A stretch of 16,349 bases of DNA from an uncultured delta proteobacterium (GTDB taxonomy: Bacteria; Desulfobacterota; RBG-13-43-22): NCBI GenBank assembly GCA_963802945.1, contig CAWDKY010000059.1:1-16349 (forward strand), read 5' to 3'. The notes beneath the pieces were generated by a model. The model did no database searches. It was not told the origin of the DNA and saw only the letters and a program-made list of their open reading frames with translations. The translations under genes were made by a program, and so were the position numbers. Below, in pieces: positions 15,066 to 16,349 of this stretch. How positions within the stretch are numbered: position 1 is the first letter of the stretch; the number at the start of each line of letters is the position of its first letter.

Positions 15066-16316
15066 CTAACGGAGGGCCATTAGGTAGGTTCTAAGATTGA
15101 TCTTTTGGTTATTAAGACCCAGTTTAGTTCTAATATGATTACGATGAAATTCGACAGTTCTTTCAGATATATTAATAAGTTGTCCTATATTTTTGGAATT
15201 TTTTCCATCCCTGATCAGGGTGGCCACCTGCACCTCGGTCGGTGTAAAATTCAGGTATTTAGACTTTATGGTTTGCAAGAAATTGTCGGTGATATCTTCC
15301 AGGTGGGATTTTATGAGATTAAGATATATTTTTTGAGTTTCATCCAGTCCGGCAGAGTTCAGCTTCTCAACATAAGGATTAACCATCTCGCGGATATTGG
15401 TGATTATCTTATCCTCTAAGTCGTTTTTATCATTTTCTCTCTGTCTGAGCAAAACATTCAGCGCTATGTTGGTTTCTTCGAGATGAAGCGTTCTGACTTT
15501 CAATTCCGCCTCTCGTTTTTTCAGTAAGGCTTCGGCCTCTTTTCGCTCTGTGATATCACGGCCTATACCCAGGATCGCATAGGGTTTACCATCCCTGTAG
15601 ATAACGGATCCTTTAGTTTCTATATAGACCTCTTTACCGTTTTTGAATCTTAATTTATATTCAGTCAAAGGTCCTTGAGTACCTGTCTGCTTAAGGTCTT
15701 CTATGGCTTTCTGCGCTTTAGTGCGTTGTTTCTTGTCGAGTAGAGAGGCAATATTCATTGAAGCCAGTTCTTCCCTTTGGCAGCCCAGAAGATCAAGGGT
15801 GGCAGGATTGGCGTCCAAGAAATTACCCTCAAAATCGTGGAGATATACGTAGTCAGGCGAGTGGTTGAACAGAGCCAAGAAGCGATCTTCTTTCTCTTTA
15901 GACTCCGCCTCCGCTTGCTTGAGTTCGGTAAAATCTATATAATCGAGGATATGGGTCATCCCAAGAGATACCAGTTTGAATTCAATTTGTTTCTGAGTGC
16001 CGTTTTTGCAAGTAATAACTCTTTTTTCCGGTCCAAATTCATATCGACTATTTGATACATTTTTAAAATTTCTATTCCACGAAGCTATAACCTGTTGACG
16101 ATAGTCCTTATCAGGATAGGCCAGTCGCCACCAGTGGGCCACATCAGGAATATCATCCATGGAATACCCAAACACCCTGGTAAACATAGGGTTAACAAAT
16201 TTAATTTTAGGGGGGGAGCCTTCCAGCAACACCTTGGCGGTCGGAGAGGACTCCGCCGACCAGTCAAACAGGGCTTCCTTTTGCTTCAGTGTTTCTGCCG
16301 CCCGTTTAAGTAGCAA
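15066..16316 (-). CDS. PAS-PAS domain LuxR-family transcriptional regulator (start uncertain)
   Basis: Two PAS/PAC regions (FVNPMFTRVFGYS; FLDANPATLDLLG...GIGRDITERK), a coiled coil (LEETNIALNVLL) and a LuxR HTH (FTPTEVQVATLIRDGKNSKNIGQLINISERTVEFHRNHIRTKLGL). The TTG start has no clear RBS. Confidence 0.9.
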   Translation of the reverse strand: MLLKRAAETLKQKEALFDWSAESSPTAKVLLEGSPPKIKFVNPMFTRVFGYSMDDIPDVAHWWRLAYPDKDYRQQVIASWNRNFKNVSNSRYEFGPEKRVITCKNGTQKQIEFKLVSLGMTHILDYIDFTELKQAEAESKEKEDRFLALFNHSPDYVYLHDFEGNFLDANPATLDLLGCQREELASMNIASLLDKKQRTKAQKAIEDLKQTGTQGPLTEYKLRFKNGKEVYIETKGSVIYRDGKPYAILGIGRDITERKEAEALLKKREAELKVRTLHLEETNIALNVLLRQRENDKNDLEDKIITNIREMVNPYVEKLNSAGLDETQKIYLNLIKSHLEDITDNFLQTIKSKYLNFTPTEVQVATLIRDGKNSKNIGQLINISERTVEFHRNHIRTKLGLNNQKINLRTYLMALR

Positions 16317-16349
16317 TACGTACTCGTCGAAAGGCTAGGGAATAACATA

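Noticed and set aside
1613-16313. Other short plus-strand and alternate-frame ORFs in the track (e.g. 1613..1873, 11452..11817, 15105..15419)
   Set aside because: All overlap well-supported minus-strand genes and show no recognisable motifs.

Overview
Every supported gene in this window lies on the minus strand. The window holds most of an ABC-transporter-dependent (Wzm/Wzt) surface-polysaccharide cluster. The PAS-LuxR protein type suggests a deltaproteobacterial (Desulfobacterota-like) host, but that is inference. In transcription order the genes are: PAS-PAS-LuxR regulator; a leader with an exact ops motif; a decayed EPS-associated MarR-family gene missed by the ORF track; fcl (frameshifted); gmd; gmd; wzm; a GxxExxY gene inside structured repeats; wzt; a TylF-like methyltransferase (frameshifted); a class I methyltransferase (frameshifted); a WcaC-like GT4 with a 63-bp tandem-repeat coiled coil; GT4; GT2; GT4; a pseudogene remnant; and the start of another probable methyltransferase. 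The most unusual feature is the ~0.8 kb insert separating wzm and wzt. It carries a GxxExxY (PD-(D/E)XK-like) gene flanked by non-coding modules, each a CACCGC(C/A)GAGA end motif followed by a 14-bp hairpin whose loop is conserved while its stem sequence differs. Beside it is a gene-less miniature version with inverted ends. The insert has a 9-bp direct repeat at its borders, and a 68/71-identical copy of the left module sits 5.6 kb away in the operon leader. This looks like a candidate small mobile or recombination system, untested here. The second highlight is a recently expanded, repeat-encoded coiled coil that could act as a tunable glycan chain-length ruler.
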